DNA of 61,380 nucleotides, filler included, from Gonapodya sp. JEL0774 (Eukaryota), in the NCBI GenBank assembly GCA_027604505.1. It is 15 parts of 15 records of this genome, joined end to end, with 100 filler letters (N's around TTAATTAATTAA, not from the genome) between each part and the next. Parts side by side here need not be neighbours in the genome. Positions count along the whole stretch, not along the records: positions 32,913 to 36,907 come from JADIIX010001077.1; positions 37,008 to 40,998 come from JADIIX010001078.1; positions 41,099 to 45,082 come from JADIIX010001079.1; positions 45,183 to 49,165 come from JADIIX010001080.1; 11 more parts are not named here. The stretch is one strand, 5' to 3'. Made by a program: the position numbers and the translations under genes. Positions 32,913 through 47,562 of this stretch are shown one piece after another. How positions within the stretch are numbered: the first letter of the stretch is position 1; each line of letters starts with the position of its first letter. The notes under the pieces are model-generated. The model was not told the origin of the DNA. It saw nothing but the letters and a program-made list of their open reading frames with translations, and did not search any database.

Positions 32913-35900
32913 GGTACTTTTCGGACGAACAAGCGCCACGCACCCAGCCTTTCCCAATCGCCCAACGATACCATAGAACATACTCTCCGCGACATCGCCG
33001 TACGTATTCCTGGATGTTCCCTTTGCTAGCTTTCGCTTATCCACCTCACTCTTGCTAGAGAACCTTCGTGTTTTGGATTTGAGACGTTCTCCAATCACTG
33101 TAGCCGCCGCAGCTTGCGGAGTTGGCCGATCCGTTCGTCCAGAAGATGGGATCGGGTTCAATCTCGGTACCTCAATGGACGTGGAGGTTGTTTCCAAATC
33201 CATGGAGAGCTCTCGTGCCGTGATGGTCAGAATATCCAAAATATCGAGCCTTTGTCCAACAGACCATTCTTTTGCGAAAAACTGCTCCGTTACGTACCTG
33301 CGAAGGCCACGATCGCAGGTCGTACAGTCAGTTACGGTCCACAAATGCAATTACAGGAGAAACCGATCAAAAAGAACTCACTCCACCACCTGCCTACCAC
33401 CTCTCACCAGACCTGCCACCAACGCCGTTCTTCTCATATCGTCCCATCCTTCCACTCCATATTCATCCCTCATCCCCAACAGTACTCGAACCACCTCACA
33501 TCCAACCTCATCCATATCTGTCCTTGTGACTCGACCAAGCGGATCCACGTCTTTCGGTGCAATGACCTGTCGAGGGGAGGCGGTGGTGGAAGTTGGCGTG
33601 CGACGGATGATGGTTTCGGCGTGGCGCATCGCGAGGCTGAGCACATTCACGTCTTGTGAGCGTAGAGCAACGAGGAGATCACGAATGTAGCTAGAGGTCC
33701 GAACATTGTTAAACGTATGAAGGACATAACTGCGAGGGCATGTGCGACTCACATTGGCGCTTTCACAACTTTACCGTCCACACCAGCCTCCCCCGTCATT
33801 CCGTCCTCAACGTCCTCCTGAGTGTCGTAAGGTTCAAAGAAGGCACCATCGTCCTCATCGTCAGAATCTGGGACTCGATGAGAGTCGGCATCAGTGCTGG
33901 GTTGTGACGGGGTCTGCTCCGGCCGCGAAGCCTTTGGTCGCAGTAAACCATTCCGGGTTGATTTCTGCGCAATACGCTGCGCTTGTGAACTGCCCGCGGG
34001 TGTATCCTGATCAATCGGCCGCAAAGCATTTGCAACTTCGCGATCCGTCTCGGCTGTGCTCTCCTCCGAAAAGACAGTCTCTGACCATTCCCTCATTTCT
34101 CGTACTTCAGCAACGTCGGCAATATCAAAGTTCAAAACTTTTCGTCGTTCCGTCTTCACCGTCCCTCCTACCGGCTCTTCTTCGGCAGCCTCACCGTCCA
34201 CATCGTCCTCATCATCTGAGTCCCCTTCAACCTGGCTAACCTTCTTGCCAGGCCTCCCCATGACCAAATCCGCCCCTTCCTCGGCCACTACCATACCTCG
34301 CACACGAATGGACTGGTCTGAAACGCCCAAGTACCTGCTCACTGCCTCGACGAACACCGTCGAGACCGATGGGGAAAGAGGTGGGGTCGTGTTGTTCACG
34401 AGAAGATTGGGGCGAGTGCGGAGGTACGCGAGGCATAGGAGAAGGAGGCATGTAAGGTGACGGTGCTGGGCATGGTGGGCGTGGCGCAGGAGGGATGGGT
34501 CGGACCAGGATACGAGAGCAGAGTGGAAGAATCGCACAAAAAGTTTCCCGGTCGCGCCTTCTTGTACGTTAAGTTCACCCACGGTGCAGACTATGAGACG
34601 AGAAGTTCGTGGTGTGGTGTGTTGGGGCCGGCGGAGAGGGAGCGTGACGAGGAGGTGGTGGTAAACGTGAGAGGTGGGGTCGTTCAGAGGTAGGATCCGC
34701 AGTAAAAAGAGGGAGAGAGAGCGATACATTGATGGTGTTCCTGAAGGGGTGTGCCGGAAAAAGATTGAAATTCGAACGTTTGACTGCGTAGTTTTGAGTA
34801 AACTCACCTGTCCGATCCGGCACGGTCTTGTCAATTCTCTTCAGTAACTCTTCGATGAACCTTTCTTGTTCGGAAGTGGGCATCGCGGAGACAATGCGGC
34901 GAACAAGGGAGGCAAAGCGGGCGGATGGTGTGTCGTTTGTCAAAGACGTACTGTTGGAGGAGGAACTTTGAGAGTGGATGAAGAGCTCTTCGAGGTTATG
35001 CGAGAGGAAAGAGTCTAAAAGGTGATGTGAATGTGCGTAATGAGAACTAGTCTGTGTAGAACGGGACTTGCGTATCTTCCTACCAATTTGGCTTAGTCTG
35101 CAAGCCTTAGCAAGTACCTCCGACCAGCATGATACGAAGATATCGTCTTCAATTCCGTTGCCGTATTCGACCACGCATTGTTCCCCCTCACGAACCAAAC
35201 CTTCCACCCACTCCTTTCCCAACCTTGCGAAGAATGTGGATTTTCGAAATTCTGGAGGCGGGTAACCCTTGTGGGCGTTAGATATGCGGTCTGGCAGGGA
35301 CAGAAGAGCGGCGGTATGGTGGCGCCAAGCAGAAGGGGTTGGACAGGAGAACGGTCGTTCTATAGACGGGAAGGACAATGCATTGGGAGCAGCAGGGGCA
35401 GAGAAATCCTCAGTCCTTTTCAGCACTCCGAAGAGTGTGGAAAGCGGGTTCGATTCAAGGAGCCCCGATATGAGCGATGTCAGGAGGTTCAGCAGGAACA
35501 CAGAATCTCGAGAAGCGGAGGACAGATGGGAAGAAAGGGCAAGAAGTGAGAGAAATGGATCGGTGACATATGTCGTGGAGGCGTTGGTGGTGAGCGATTC
35601 TGCGGGATCCATAGCTGAGATGAGTGAGGGTCCTCCCGGTTTCGTGCTCGTGCTCGCGGATCTTGCCACGGATGTACCAGTGAAGTATGGTTCAAACCAT
35701 CGAATTCGGTCCTCTGGTGCAATTTTGGGGAGGACCGAAGGAGCCACCGTGTCGAGCAGGAGGTTTAGGTGAGTGGGCAGGTGATGCTTGATGAACAGAA
35801 GGTGGAGGTGGGGCAGGTCCGCGGTTGTGAAATCAGAGAAGTATCGAGAAGATCGGAGACGAGAGGAAATGGGCGATTTGATTGGGGATTTAGAATTGTC

Positions 35901-36299
35901 GGGGGCAACGGCTGCCGAATCCATCAGGAATTGGAGTGGCTCTCTAAGGGCGACAACAGCCGTTTCCAGAGAAGGAGTGTAAGAGTTTTCGGCTCTGAGA
36001 AGATCTTCACGAGGAATTGCTCTTTTAGTCGCTCCAGTTTCGATCAAGGGGACCGCGGAAAGACTCTCGTCATCGTGCGGGTCAGGCTCCAAGATCCGAA
36101 GGGAGGACCTTCCAGCAGGAACCGCGAGACTATTTGCATCAATGACAGCAGATTTTGCTCCTTTTACAGCGAGCCTCGATGTGTTTGCAGAGTTGATTCG
36201 TTGGTTGACGACAGCCAATGCAGCATTTTGGATGTCGCTGTGGATGTCATTCATGACCACGCGGAGTCGCTCACGGTAACCAGAAACAGACGAATCCAT
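32913..36299 (-). CDS. TEL2: Telomere length regulation protein Tel2 (TTT complex), 3'-truncated
   Basis: LPDRISNA, AVSRYL..S...RVRGMVVAE, DSDDEDD, YIRDLL, SVGQRLDILD.L...ARELS, KTRRFS. Confidence 0.88.
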
Positions 36300-36460
36300 C
36301 GCAGAGAAGAATGATGTAATGCTACAAATACCAAACGGGCGATGCTTGGCTGGGTATCGGTGCGTGGAGAGTTAATGGATTCTTTGGAGACTGTGGCCGG
36401 CCGGGGTTCATCCCAAACGTCTGCTCACAGCTGAAAAAGCACTCTGCCCACCTAAATCAG

Positions 36461-36907
36461 ATGCCCATTCCCATCGCAGGTACGAGACAGCCGTACGCGT
36501 ACTTCTGACGTGGCTCGCTGCGATAGCATTCTTCCCGGTCGACCATAATTACGCAAATGACGATTTGATCTCACCGCAGGCTACGTGACGCCGAGTTTCC
36601 CCTCCCTATACATCCCATATTTCGGCGTCGATCAGTTTCTGTATTTCAGAGATGGTATGTTGCTTACCGCGGTGCTGGCCGATCACCATTCGACAGTCGT
36701 GGGACGAGTTCCACGAAGTTTCTTCATATCCACCTCCACCCAGACATCATCTACTTTACACTGATATGGACGCTGATTTGGTCGTCACTGGTTTATGGCG
36801 TCGTCGCCCTGCGGTCCGGCATCGTGTTGTTCCGACAGCGTAAGGGAATGTTCTTCGTGTTGGGGATGAGTGCATACGGTCTCTCCAGCGCCGCCGTGTC
36901 GGGTACC
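36461..36907 (+). CDS. TMEM170-family membrane protein (3'-truncated)
   Basis: Spliced MPIPIA|GYVTPSFPSLYIPYFGVDQFLYFRD|DIIYFTLIWTLIW..; matches the fungal PSFPSLY and DIWRFTLxWTL pattern recalled from memory. Confidence 0.75.
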
Positions 36908-37011
36908 NNNNNNNNNNNNNNNNNNNNNNNNNNNNNNNNNNNNNNNNNNNNTTAATTAATTAANNNNNNNNNNNNNNNNNNNNNNNNNNNNNNNNNNNNN
37001 NNNNNNNAAAG

Positions 37012-37084
37012 TGCTCCCCACAGGGATCGAACCTGTGACCGCGGCGTTATTAGCACCGTGCTCTGCCGACTGAGCTAGAGGAGC
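37012..37084 (-). tRNA. tRNA-Ile(AAT)
   Basis: GCTCCTC-TAGCTCAGTCGGCAGAGC-ACGGTGCTAATAACGCCG-CGGTC-ACAGGTTCGATCCCTGT-GGGGAGC-A. Full cloverleaf, A and B boxes, upstream TATA-like element (~37113-37122), downstream T-run at the contig edge. Confidence 0.97.
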
Positions 37085-37944
37085 CGAAACGTTGAAATCC
37101 TGACACTGTAAGAGTATATAAAGTTATCTTGAAGTATTCTCTTTTGCTCCGTACATATCCATTATTCAGTCCCACGCACAAACTTCACCACAGCAGCCAA
37201 CTGACTGCCGTGTCAAGATCACATTAGTACCAGTAAATGTTGATTGTGCACTTCCTGCATTCCCAACTTCACACCATATTGGGCGACATTGCATATAGAG
37301 TTGAGAACAAAAGACTAGATGTGTGAGTGCCAATTAGCACCTGCTGCCATGGTGAAGATCCAATCAAATGTGTTGAGTGTAAACATCTTGCCTGGACATT
37401 TTCCAGGAGCTGGAATAAGCCACTTTACTTGCTTTCATCTCCAGCTTGTTGTTGAGTGGCCTGTTGCCTAGTGTTTGCAGACCCTCACTCATTTTGACAG
37501 ACTAGCCCTGAGACATATGTAGCTTGCTCAATGTGCACTCCCATCATCCTGTCTCCTTTCATGTTGAAGGTACAGTTTTTATGGGCTTCTACCATGTTGA
37601 TATCAATGGCATTCAGGTCTGCCTGGTCTGCCTTCTGGTAGGTTTCTAAGCGTGCCATGGAACTCCACCTGCTGTCTGCTGGCTGCATCCAAAAATATGC
37701 CATCAATGAGACCATCTTGGGGGTGGTGATAATTGTCATGCAGAAAAGTCTTCAAATACACCATGTTCTACCTCCTCATGGATTGACACCTGTGGCGACC
37801 ATGAAGGCCAACTGGCATTCTGTCCTAACCCTTTGATTGAGTCCTTTTGATCTAGGTTTCTTGTCCATGCAGCGGGGCAACTTTGATGTAGCTTATGTTT
37901 TCCAGAATCCAGAACAAGATATTGTAGTATGGAAGGAGTTTGGA

Positions 37945-38199
37945 TGTTGAATAGCTTGACAACGGACAGTGATCTAAGGACGCCAATAAGCGCATTGAGA
38001 TCACCTTAAGGAGTAACTGCGTTTTGGTAGTTGAACAATCTCTCTAGCGTTCCTGGTTGTGGAGTTATGTAGTGAGCAATTGGACTTGGAGTGTGGGGCG
38101 AGAGTGCAGCAGTAGTGACCACAGTAGTGCACAGTGACTGAGTGATTGAAGATAATATATTGACGTCGCAACCACCCCTAAGCCTGTGAAAGCTCATTA
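37945..38199 (+). repeat. Probable 5' LTR (~255 nt)
   Basis: Begins TGTTGA and ends TCATTA directly before the PBS. The second LTR is absent, so the 5' boundary is inferred. Confidence 0.55.
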
Positions 38200-38210
38200 G
38201 GTTATGAGCC
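38200..38210 (+). promoter_or_regulatory. Primer-binding site for a half-tRNA-iMet primer
   Basis: GGTTATGAGCC is complementary to the initiator-tRNA anticodon arm GGCTCATAACC (Ty5/Drosophila copia type); it ends 78 nt before the gag ATG. Confidence 0.85.
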
Positions 38211-41098
38211 TGGAGCTCTAAAGGCGGAAATTTCGATGGATTTGGACATTGAACCGGGGACTCCCATTCACGCTGCATCAAACCAACCATGAGCAACACA
38301 CAAAAGTACGATGCATTGGCAAAAAGAGTGACAAGGAAGCTCAATGGAATGGACAATTACCTGGTATGGATGGGGAGTGCGAGGGTCCAGATGCAGGCGA
38401 TCCCAGGGGCGTGGAACATGGCCATTGGGGTCACGAAATGTCCAGAAAAACCACCAGCAACAGCAAGTGGAGACAAAAAAGCGGAAATTAAAGCAAAACA
38501 GGAGGAATGGGGTGATGCTGATTGGGGATTGAAAGCAGCATTGATATTGATCATTGCTGAGGATCTTTTCGTGACGGTCAAAGATTGCAACACGTCAGCG
38601 GAGCTCTGGGAAAGACTCCGAGCAACATATCATGGAAATCAGAAGGCAGAGGAGTTCATTAAGAGGCGGGCACTTGAGGATGTGCGGATGGATGGGTCTG
38701 TGACGGACTATCTGGCAACTTTCAGCAAACTCAAGAACGAGTACAAAGCAACTGGAAGATCTTTATCACCGTCTGACGAGCAAAGGATTTTTGGGGAGGG
38801 TGCAAAGCACATATACGATCGATTCCACCCCTGCAACTGTCGCCGACATTACCAATGCGCTTCAGAACGCTGAGATTCAGGATCAACTAGAGGGTCATGA
38901 AGTGAATGCCGTGGAGCGTGGAAAGGCAGTTCCAGATGGATTTTCGACGAGTTGCTCAGAAATTCGACAAGTGCAACTGTTGCCAAGGATACACACACTT
39001 TGGTTGTGACTGCGCCACACCCGCGGAGTGGGCAAGGGATATTCAGGCCAGGTTTGGAAGTTTTCATGGTGACAGTTGGGGAAGGTCTGGCGGCGAAGGT
39101 GGATATGGTGGTGGCTGCGGATTACCAGACAAACAGAGAGGTACTGGGAACTGTGGTGGCTGTCATGGTGGTGGACGTGGCGGTTTCCACAAAAGGGTGT
39201 ACTTTGCAGAAGAAGATTATGAGGATGGATATGACAGAGACGGTTATGTACAAGAGGAGGAGAATACAGAGGACACTTTCTAGTACTTGAGTGAGAAGTC
39301 CAAATTTGTGGACCGAACTGTGCCATTGGGTGAGTGGAAGAGAGGCGCTTTCCGCAATCGTTGCTCTTTGCGGCACTCTATTTTGGTAACCAGGGACGTT
39401 GTGTTGAATGAGGAGGGAGTTATGAGGACGAGATACCTGCCATTCCGTGATCATATTGGATTTGACACAATAGCAGTGGAAGATGATCTCTTTGTTCCAA
39501 TGTTTCCTGTTCAGAAGCCTGATCAGCACTTGGGACACTCTGGTGGGTACAATGATGATAATGATGACGGCTTTAATGAAAATCCTCCTCCTGGTCTCAG
39601 AAATGCTACTAAACATCCACAGAATGAGCAAGATGTGCCAGATGTTGAACCGGAACCGTCTGCACGTCATCAAACACCACCACCTTGTCCTTCACCTTCA
39701 GGGCCTCCAAAGTTGTAGAGATCATCAAGGATCATGCAGAGATTCCAGTCACCTTCAAGTCCTACACCACCTCCTGCAGGCTGCAATACTTCACCAGATC
39801 CACTCACAGACATGAACAGGAACCCTCCAGAGTTTATTGTCAGTGGGAGTGAATCCAGAAATTTGGACAACAGGAAACCATTTGATTCAGATTCTGATGA
39901 TTCTGCAGATCCTCTTGTGCTGAATGTGATACTTGAGACAGCGGAACAAATTGAAGAGCCAAAGTCTTACAAAGAAGCACTGAGTAGCTTGTATGCGAAG
40001 TACTGGCAAATGACAATGGAAGAGGAAGTTGGTGCACTACGCAAATTCAAGACTTGGGACTTGGTGGAAAAGCCAAAAGGAGTGCCAGTTCTGTCTGGAA
40101 GGTGGGTTTACGCATTAAAGAAAATGTCGAACAATAATGTGCGCTTCAAGGCTCGCTGGGTAGCACGTGGATTCACACAACAGTACGGAATTGATTACAA
40201 CAAAACATTTGCACCAGTGATGAATTCTAAGGCTTGGCACATTCTGTTGGCTCTTGCAGCTGATTGCGGTTACAACATAACACAACTGGATATATTGAAT
40301 GCGTTCCTGAATGGTAAACTCAAAGAACAGGTGTATCTTGAACAACAACATGGTTTTGGCGAAGAAGGAGGCAACGTGGTTTGCAGGTTTGAGAAATCAC
40401 TCTATGGAACAAAACAGGCTGCAAATGTGTGGTTCAAAGTGCTCTCTGACACTCTGATAAACAAGATGCATTTCAAAAAGACTCAGGTGGACCCAGCTGT
40501 GTTTGTGAAAGAACTTGAAGATGGCAAAGGAAAGATTATTGCAGGTAGTCATGTTGATGATTTCATTTGCGTTGCTCCAAACTACACAGTCATCAATGAT
40601 TTCAAAATTGAACTTGCAAAGTATTTCAAATGCAAATCTGGTCATCTGGACGTCTTCCTTGGTGTAGAAGCAAAGCAGGACCCACACACAGGAACAATCA
40701 CAATACGTCACAAGAGAAAAATTGTTGAATTGCTCTCTGACTATAATATGCTTGATTGCCGACCAGTGAGCACCCCAATGCAGCCAGACATTGAGCTGTC
40801 ACGTGCAGATTGTCCCCAAGTTGCGACAGAAAAAGAGGGAATTGATGGGAAAGCTTACAGGAGTGGAGTTTGAAGTTTGATGCACATTAACAGAAGGACA
40901 CGTCCTGACATTTCAACTGCGGTGAAAATTTTGTCAGAAGCTCTTGACAACCCAAGCAGGAAACATGTTGATGCATTCTACTGGTTACTGAGATATTTNN
41001 NNNNNNNNNNNNNNNNNNNNNNNNNNNNNNNNNNNNNNNNNNTTAATTAATTAANNNNNNNNNNNNNNNNNNNNNNNNNNNNNNNNNNNNNNNNNNNN

Positions 41099-43518
41099 CC
41101 CTCCTCCAAGAACGATCCGTACGAGCTTCTCTCGGCCATTGAACACCAGGGTCACCGCGGAGACGTGCGGACTTTGGCACTCAGCTCGGACGATACAGTG
41201 ATCATGTCCGGGTCGAACAGTGAGTAGGGGTGGTCTGCAGAACACATCACTTGTCAAACACAACGTAGTTTGCAATTTGACGCCTGATCCACACTAAGGT
41301 GGAATCAAGCTATGGAATGCGAAGACTCGGGAGTGTATACGGTCAATGCCGTCGGGTTACGCTCTTTGTAGCGCTTTCATCCCCGGTAACAAACATGTAA
41401 GCGAACGCCTCAGTCCTCACGTGTTCATGTTCAGACGTACTCTCGCTGACAATCTCGTATTGCACGACTCTCAGGCTATCATCGGCACTAAAGCGGGTCA
41501 CCTGGAGCTCTTTGATCTCACTACTTCTGAGATGATGGAATCGATTGAGGCACATACGGGTGCGTTATGGTCGCTCCAGATTCGGCCAGACAAGAAGGGC
41601 ATGGTAACAGGAGGAGCGGATAAGGACGTCAAGTTCTGGGATTTCCAACTTGTGGAAGAAGATGTGGAAGGAAAGGTGGGAATCGTGGGTTGAGAGGAGA
41701 CATGTGAACACTGGACTCACCCCTTCCGGCATCGCTGTACTTCGGCTTCTCCCAGACGGTCCGAAAACTGACATTGGTCCACATGCGTACTCTCCGAATG
41801 TCGGACGACGTTCTTTCGGTACGATATAGTCCCGACCAGCGCCTCATTGCTGTAGCCTTGCTCGACTCCACCGTCAAAGTCTTCTACCACGACACCTTGA
41901 AGTTCTTCCTCTCTTTGTACGGACATAAACTCCCTGTGCTTGCTATGGACATTTCGTCCGATAGTACCATTATCGCAACAGCCTCGGCGGACAAGACGGT
42001 CAAGGTCTGGGGTCTTGATTTTGGTGACTGTCATAAATCGTTTGTGGCGCATGGCGAAAGTGTTATGGGGTGTCAGTTTGTGTGGGGTACGCACTATCTT
42101 TGGTCGGTTTCGAAAGGTAATTCTTGAATGCATTCCAGGATATCCGTTTTGTGAGATGTATTGTTCTGACCTTGCTCACCACAAAGACGGATCTGTTAAG
42201 GAATGGGATTGTGATAAATTCGAGCAAATCCAGAAGCACGAGGGCCACCGGGGCGAGGTCTGGGCTCTCGCCGTTGGGAGGTTCGGTGGAAAAATTGTGA
42301 CTGGATCGCACGATCGGAGCATCAGGGTTTTAGAGAAAACGGACGAGCAGGTTTATTGGCCGCTTCTGTAATATTCTGTCTTGAGTGCCCACCAATTGTT
42401 GTTCGTTTTCCATTCAGCTGTTCCTTGAGGAGGAGCGTGAACGGGAGCTTGAAGAACTATACGAAAACGTCAACGACGATCAACGCTATAACCGTGCTAT
42501 TGGCAGTCTTGTACCAACCGACGATGGTACGCTCCCAGTTGAAGAAGATGGAGTCGGGGCCCCTGGCAAGACAACCAAGGAAACACTCAAGGCGGGTGAG
42601 AAATTGATGGAGGCGTTGGATGTCTACGCTGAAGAAAAGGAGAAAGAAGAAGAATATCGAAAGGTCAGTTGCATGAAACCACTCCGTTTCGAATACTAAA
42701 TATCGAGACAATTTTTGTGAGATCAGGCTGTCAAGGCAAATCCCAGTAACCCTCCTCCTCCGCCCCCGCGAAGCCCATACATAATCGCAACTGGCGAGTC
42801 GGACATGCCTGCTGACCGCTATGTACTGCGAACTTTTGAGCGCATTCGCCAGGCTGACCTGGAAGAAGCACTCCTCGTCATGCCCATGTCAAAACTTCCA
42901 CTGCTCGTAGATGTTCTTTCGTGCTGGGTTGCCAAGGTAAGTACTTCGAAGCCCCTACTGATTGGTTAGTTGGGAGCCAGCAAACAACGCATAATGTGTG
43001 TACAACGTGGTTCGACCTCATGGGCCCCGTTGAAGGAAAACATATGCAAGATTATTGATCTGTTGACACTTGTTCGTGAAGGCGACATCCTCTGGGAAAT
43101 GAGCTGAAACTCATCGTCGACAGTACATATTTTTGCCGGAAAGTGGTGAATATCACTGATCATCCTACGTGATTTCCTCGATTCGCATACAGTCTTGGAA
43201 CAGCCCGTTATGCTCGCGTATCCTCAGCTACTATGCCAACACGCACTTCAACCAGGTTACTGCGATGTCGTCTCTTCGCCTTCCCCTGGAGAAGATCAAG
43301 AATCAATTGAGAACCAATTTGGAAGTGCAGAAGGTAATGAATGAGCTGTTCCCGTTTACTTCAAACGTTGATTCTAATGAATGAATGCGGATCGTCTCTG
43401 CTAGACTATCATTGGATTTAATCTTGCTGCCATTCGATTCGCCCTCCGTGATCTCGAGGATGCTGGTGTCAAGCGCAAACCAAGTGGGAAGCCGAGGAAG
43501 CGGCTGATATTCCTGTAA
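41099..43518 (+). CDS. UTP12: U3 snoRNP WD40 protein Utp12/Dip2 (WDR3), 5'-truncated
   Basis: GHRGDVR.LALSSD, AHTGALWS, DSTVKVF..DTLKFFLSLYGHKLPVLAMDISSDS, WGLDFGDCHKS, FLEEEREREL, ETLKAGE, IIGFNLAA. Confidence 0.95.
42986..43130 (+). ncRNA. Intronic box H/ACA snoRNA (predicted guide for the 18S site equivalent to human psi1692)
   Basis: Hairpin 1 (GCATA-TGT/ACATATGC; CAACG/CGTTG), H box AGATTA 43049-43054, hairpin 2 base CTGTTGAC/GTCGACAG, ACA 43125-43127 plus 3 nt. Pocket GTGTGTA + AAGG pairs with 18S CCUU-U-G-UACACAC. Confidence 0.8.
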
Positions 43519-43726
43519 AGCATTCGCTCACTATCTAGTTCATACCATAATTACCATGTAAATAGCACATTGAACCCGGTCGGCATTATTCCTCGAACGA
43601 CTGCTTCCTCCAGGTTTGTTTTTCAGAAGTGCAGTTGCCAGCGCACTCCCTAGCTGGCAGACAGACCACAGTCACGAAACGTCACATCTTCCCTCTCTAC
43701 CTTCAACCTCGCTCGGTACCGTTTCC

Positions 43727-45082
43727 ATGCCGTCACTGGAAACGCTATCGTCGCTCGCTGGCAGTTTGGCGCCGACTAACCCGCCTCCAATTCCTCCGCT
43801 GAAGATTCACGAGAGAATCCTCTCGCCCGACGAGCCCCTGGAGCCGCTGCGGAGAGTCCGCTACGTTCCTGTTGGACAAAGCGATAGTATTCATGGTGCA
43901 CGCGGGGACGGGAAGGCGGTGCGCAGTGGCCCGACTGACTTACCAAACAAAGCGTTTGCAACGGTGAACGGCAGACCCGGCTCAATCACGACGGAAGGCA
44001 CCACGGAGGACCGCCGAGGGGGCAAGAACGAAATGAAAAATGGAACATTTGAGAGGCTGAAGGACCGTAATGGAAGTGCGGGACAGGAAGAGAAGCTTGG
44101 GAGATCTGGGAAAGCAGAGAAACCATCTAATACTTCGTCGAAGAACTTAAAACGCGAGAACGCGACTCACACGACGTTTGACAGCCGGATAGATTCGAAA
44201 GCTTCTAAGGAGAAGTCAGATGCTCGGGACAGTACACGCGAAACTGACACTAGGCCTCCTACCAAGGCCATTGGATCGGTTAACCCCACGAGCAACGGAC
44301 GCAAGCGTTCAGCACCTACCGACTCTTCCTCCTCCGAATCGTCGGACAATGCAAAAGCGGCGTCGGAAACTCTGCATACGAATAAATTGTCTTCGAAGAG
44401 CCTTACAAACGGATCCGTAGTTGAGAAACCACCACCTGCAGATCCTTCACGATCCACTGATGGAGCCGCTGCTATCACGAAAAAGCTTAAAGTAGAGCGT
44501 GTAGACTCTCCTGTTCTTTTATCTTATCATGGGGGCCCTGAAGCGCTTTCGGGTCGGAGTACCTCGCCGGCTCCGTCCCTGTCTCACAGACAGAAACTTC
44601 CCTCAGAGGATAGACTCTCCACGATGACCAATTCTCTGCGTGATTTTGATGCCATATCTCTTGACTCGGCTCAGTCGGCCGCTCAACGGAAGAAGCATCG
44701 TGATGGGGTAAGGCGAAAGGATAGTGAGGTGTTCAAGAAAGACCATCGGCACATGGCGGAAAAAGCAATGAAGCCTTGTGTGGATATAGCGACTGTGGTG
44801 GAAGAAAGCCATTCTATTTATGAGATATGTGAGTACTATAAGCAGACGAAGTACGCTTCGATCAAGTGGTTACTTTGTATTTTGGCTCCGTCAGTTGGAC
44901 AACCACCTCGTTCACGTCGTGAAAGTGAGCGCTTAGAATTCGAAAGTGTCATGCTTGAGTACCCGGGAATGGATGCTGTGGAGCGGTAAGTCGATCTTTG
45001 TTCAACCGTGGTACCACAAACACGGTTCACTCCATTTTCCGGACTTTCCTCTCTCCAAGGTTCCCCATAGTTTACCCGAGGA
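43727..45082 (+). CDS. Hypothetical protein, largely disordered and K/S-rich (3' part likely spliced and truncated)
   Basis: Open frame of more than 400 codons with basic NLS-like patches; no recognised domain. Confidence 0.55.
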
Positions 45083-45182
45083 NNNNNNNNNNNNNNNNNN
45101 NNNNNNNNNNNNNNNNNNNNNNNNNNTTAATTAATTAANNNNNNNNNNNNNNNNNNNNNNNNNNNNNNNNNNNNNNNNNNNN

Positions 45183-47300
<2,118 letters not shown>

Positions 47301-47562
47301 ATAGAACGAATCAAGTTTTTTTCCTGTATCACCTTCAAATGTGACGTGTTTTTATTATACCCGAAGATTGGGGCACTAATACGTGCATTTGGAGCTATTA
47401 AATTTGAAGTACGCTTAAACCTTGGACTAATATAGTCTCAATTGAGCCACTCTGGGTCGTTTTTGATTGAAGCTGTCTCTAAGTGTTGGTAATTTCGGCG
47501 ATGTAGTACAGAGTGGCTCAGCCAGCAAAATTTGAAGTGTCCTCCCACGCACAACCCCCACC

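Larger units (their letters stand above)
37945..40998 (+). mobile_element. Ty1/copia LTR retrotransposon, internally deleted (gag and RT retained), 3' end not captured
   Basis: gag 38289 (KLNG.DNY..W, SAELWERL); CCHC knuckle; RT 39950-40990 (EEPKSYKEAL, KARWVARGF, QLDILNAFLNG, KSLYGTKQA, HVDD); no PR or IN core. Confidence 0.93.

Noticed and set aside
36652..36660. ATG|GTATGT as the first exon of a ribosomal-protein-like gene
   Set aside because: It is an internal phase-1 donor of the TMEM170-like gene.
10711..43518. Apparent ribosome-biogenesis cluster (RPS18, UTP17, UTP12)
   Set aside because: The genes lie on different size-sorted contigs, so their proximity is an artefact.
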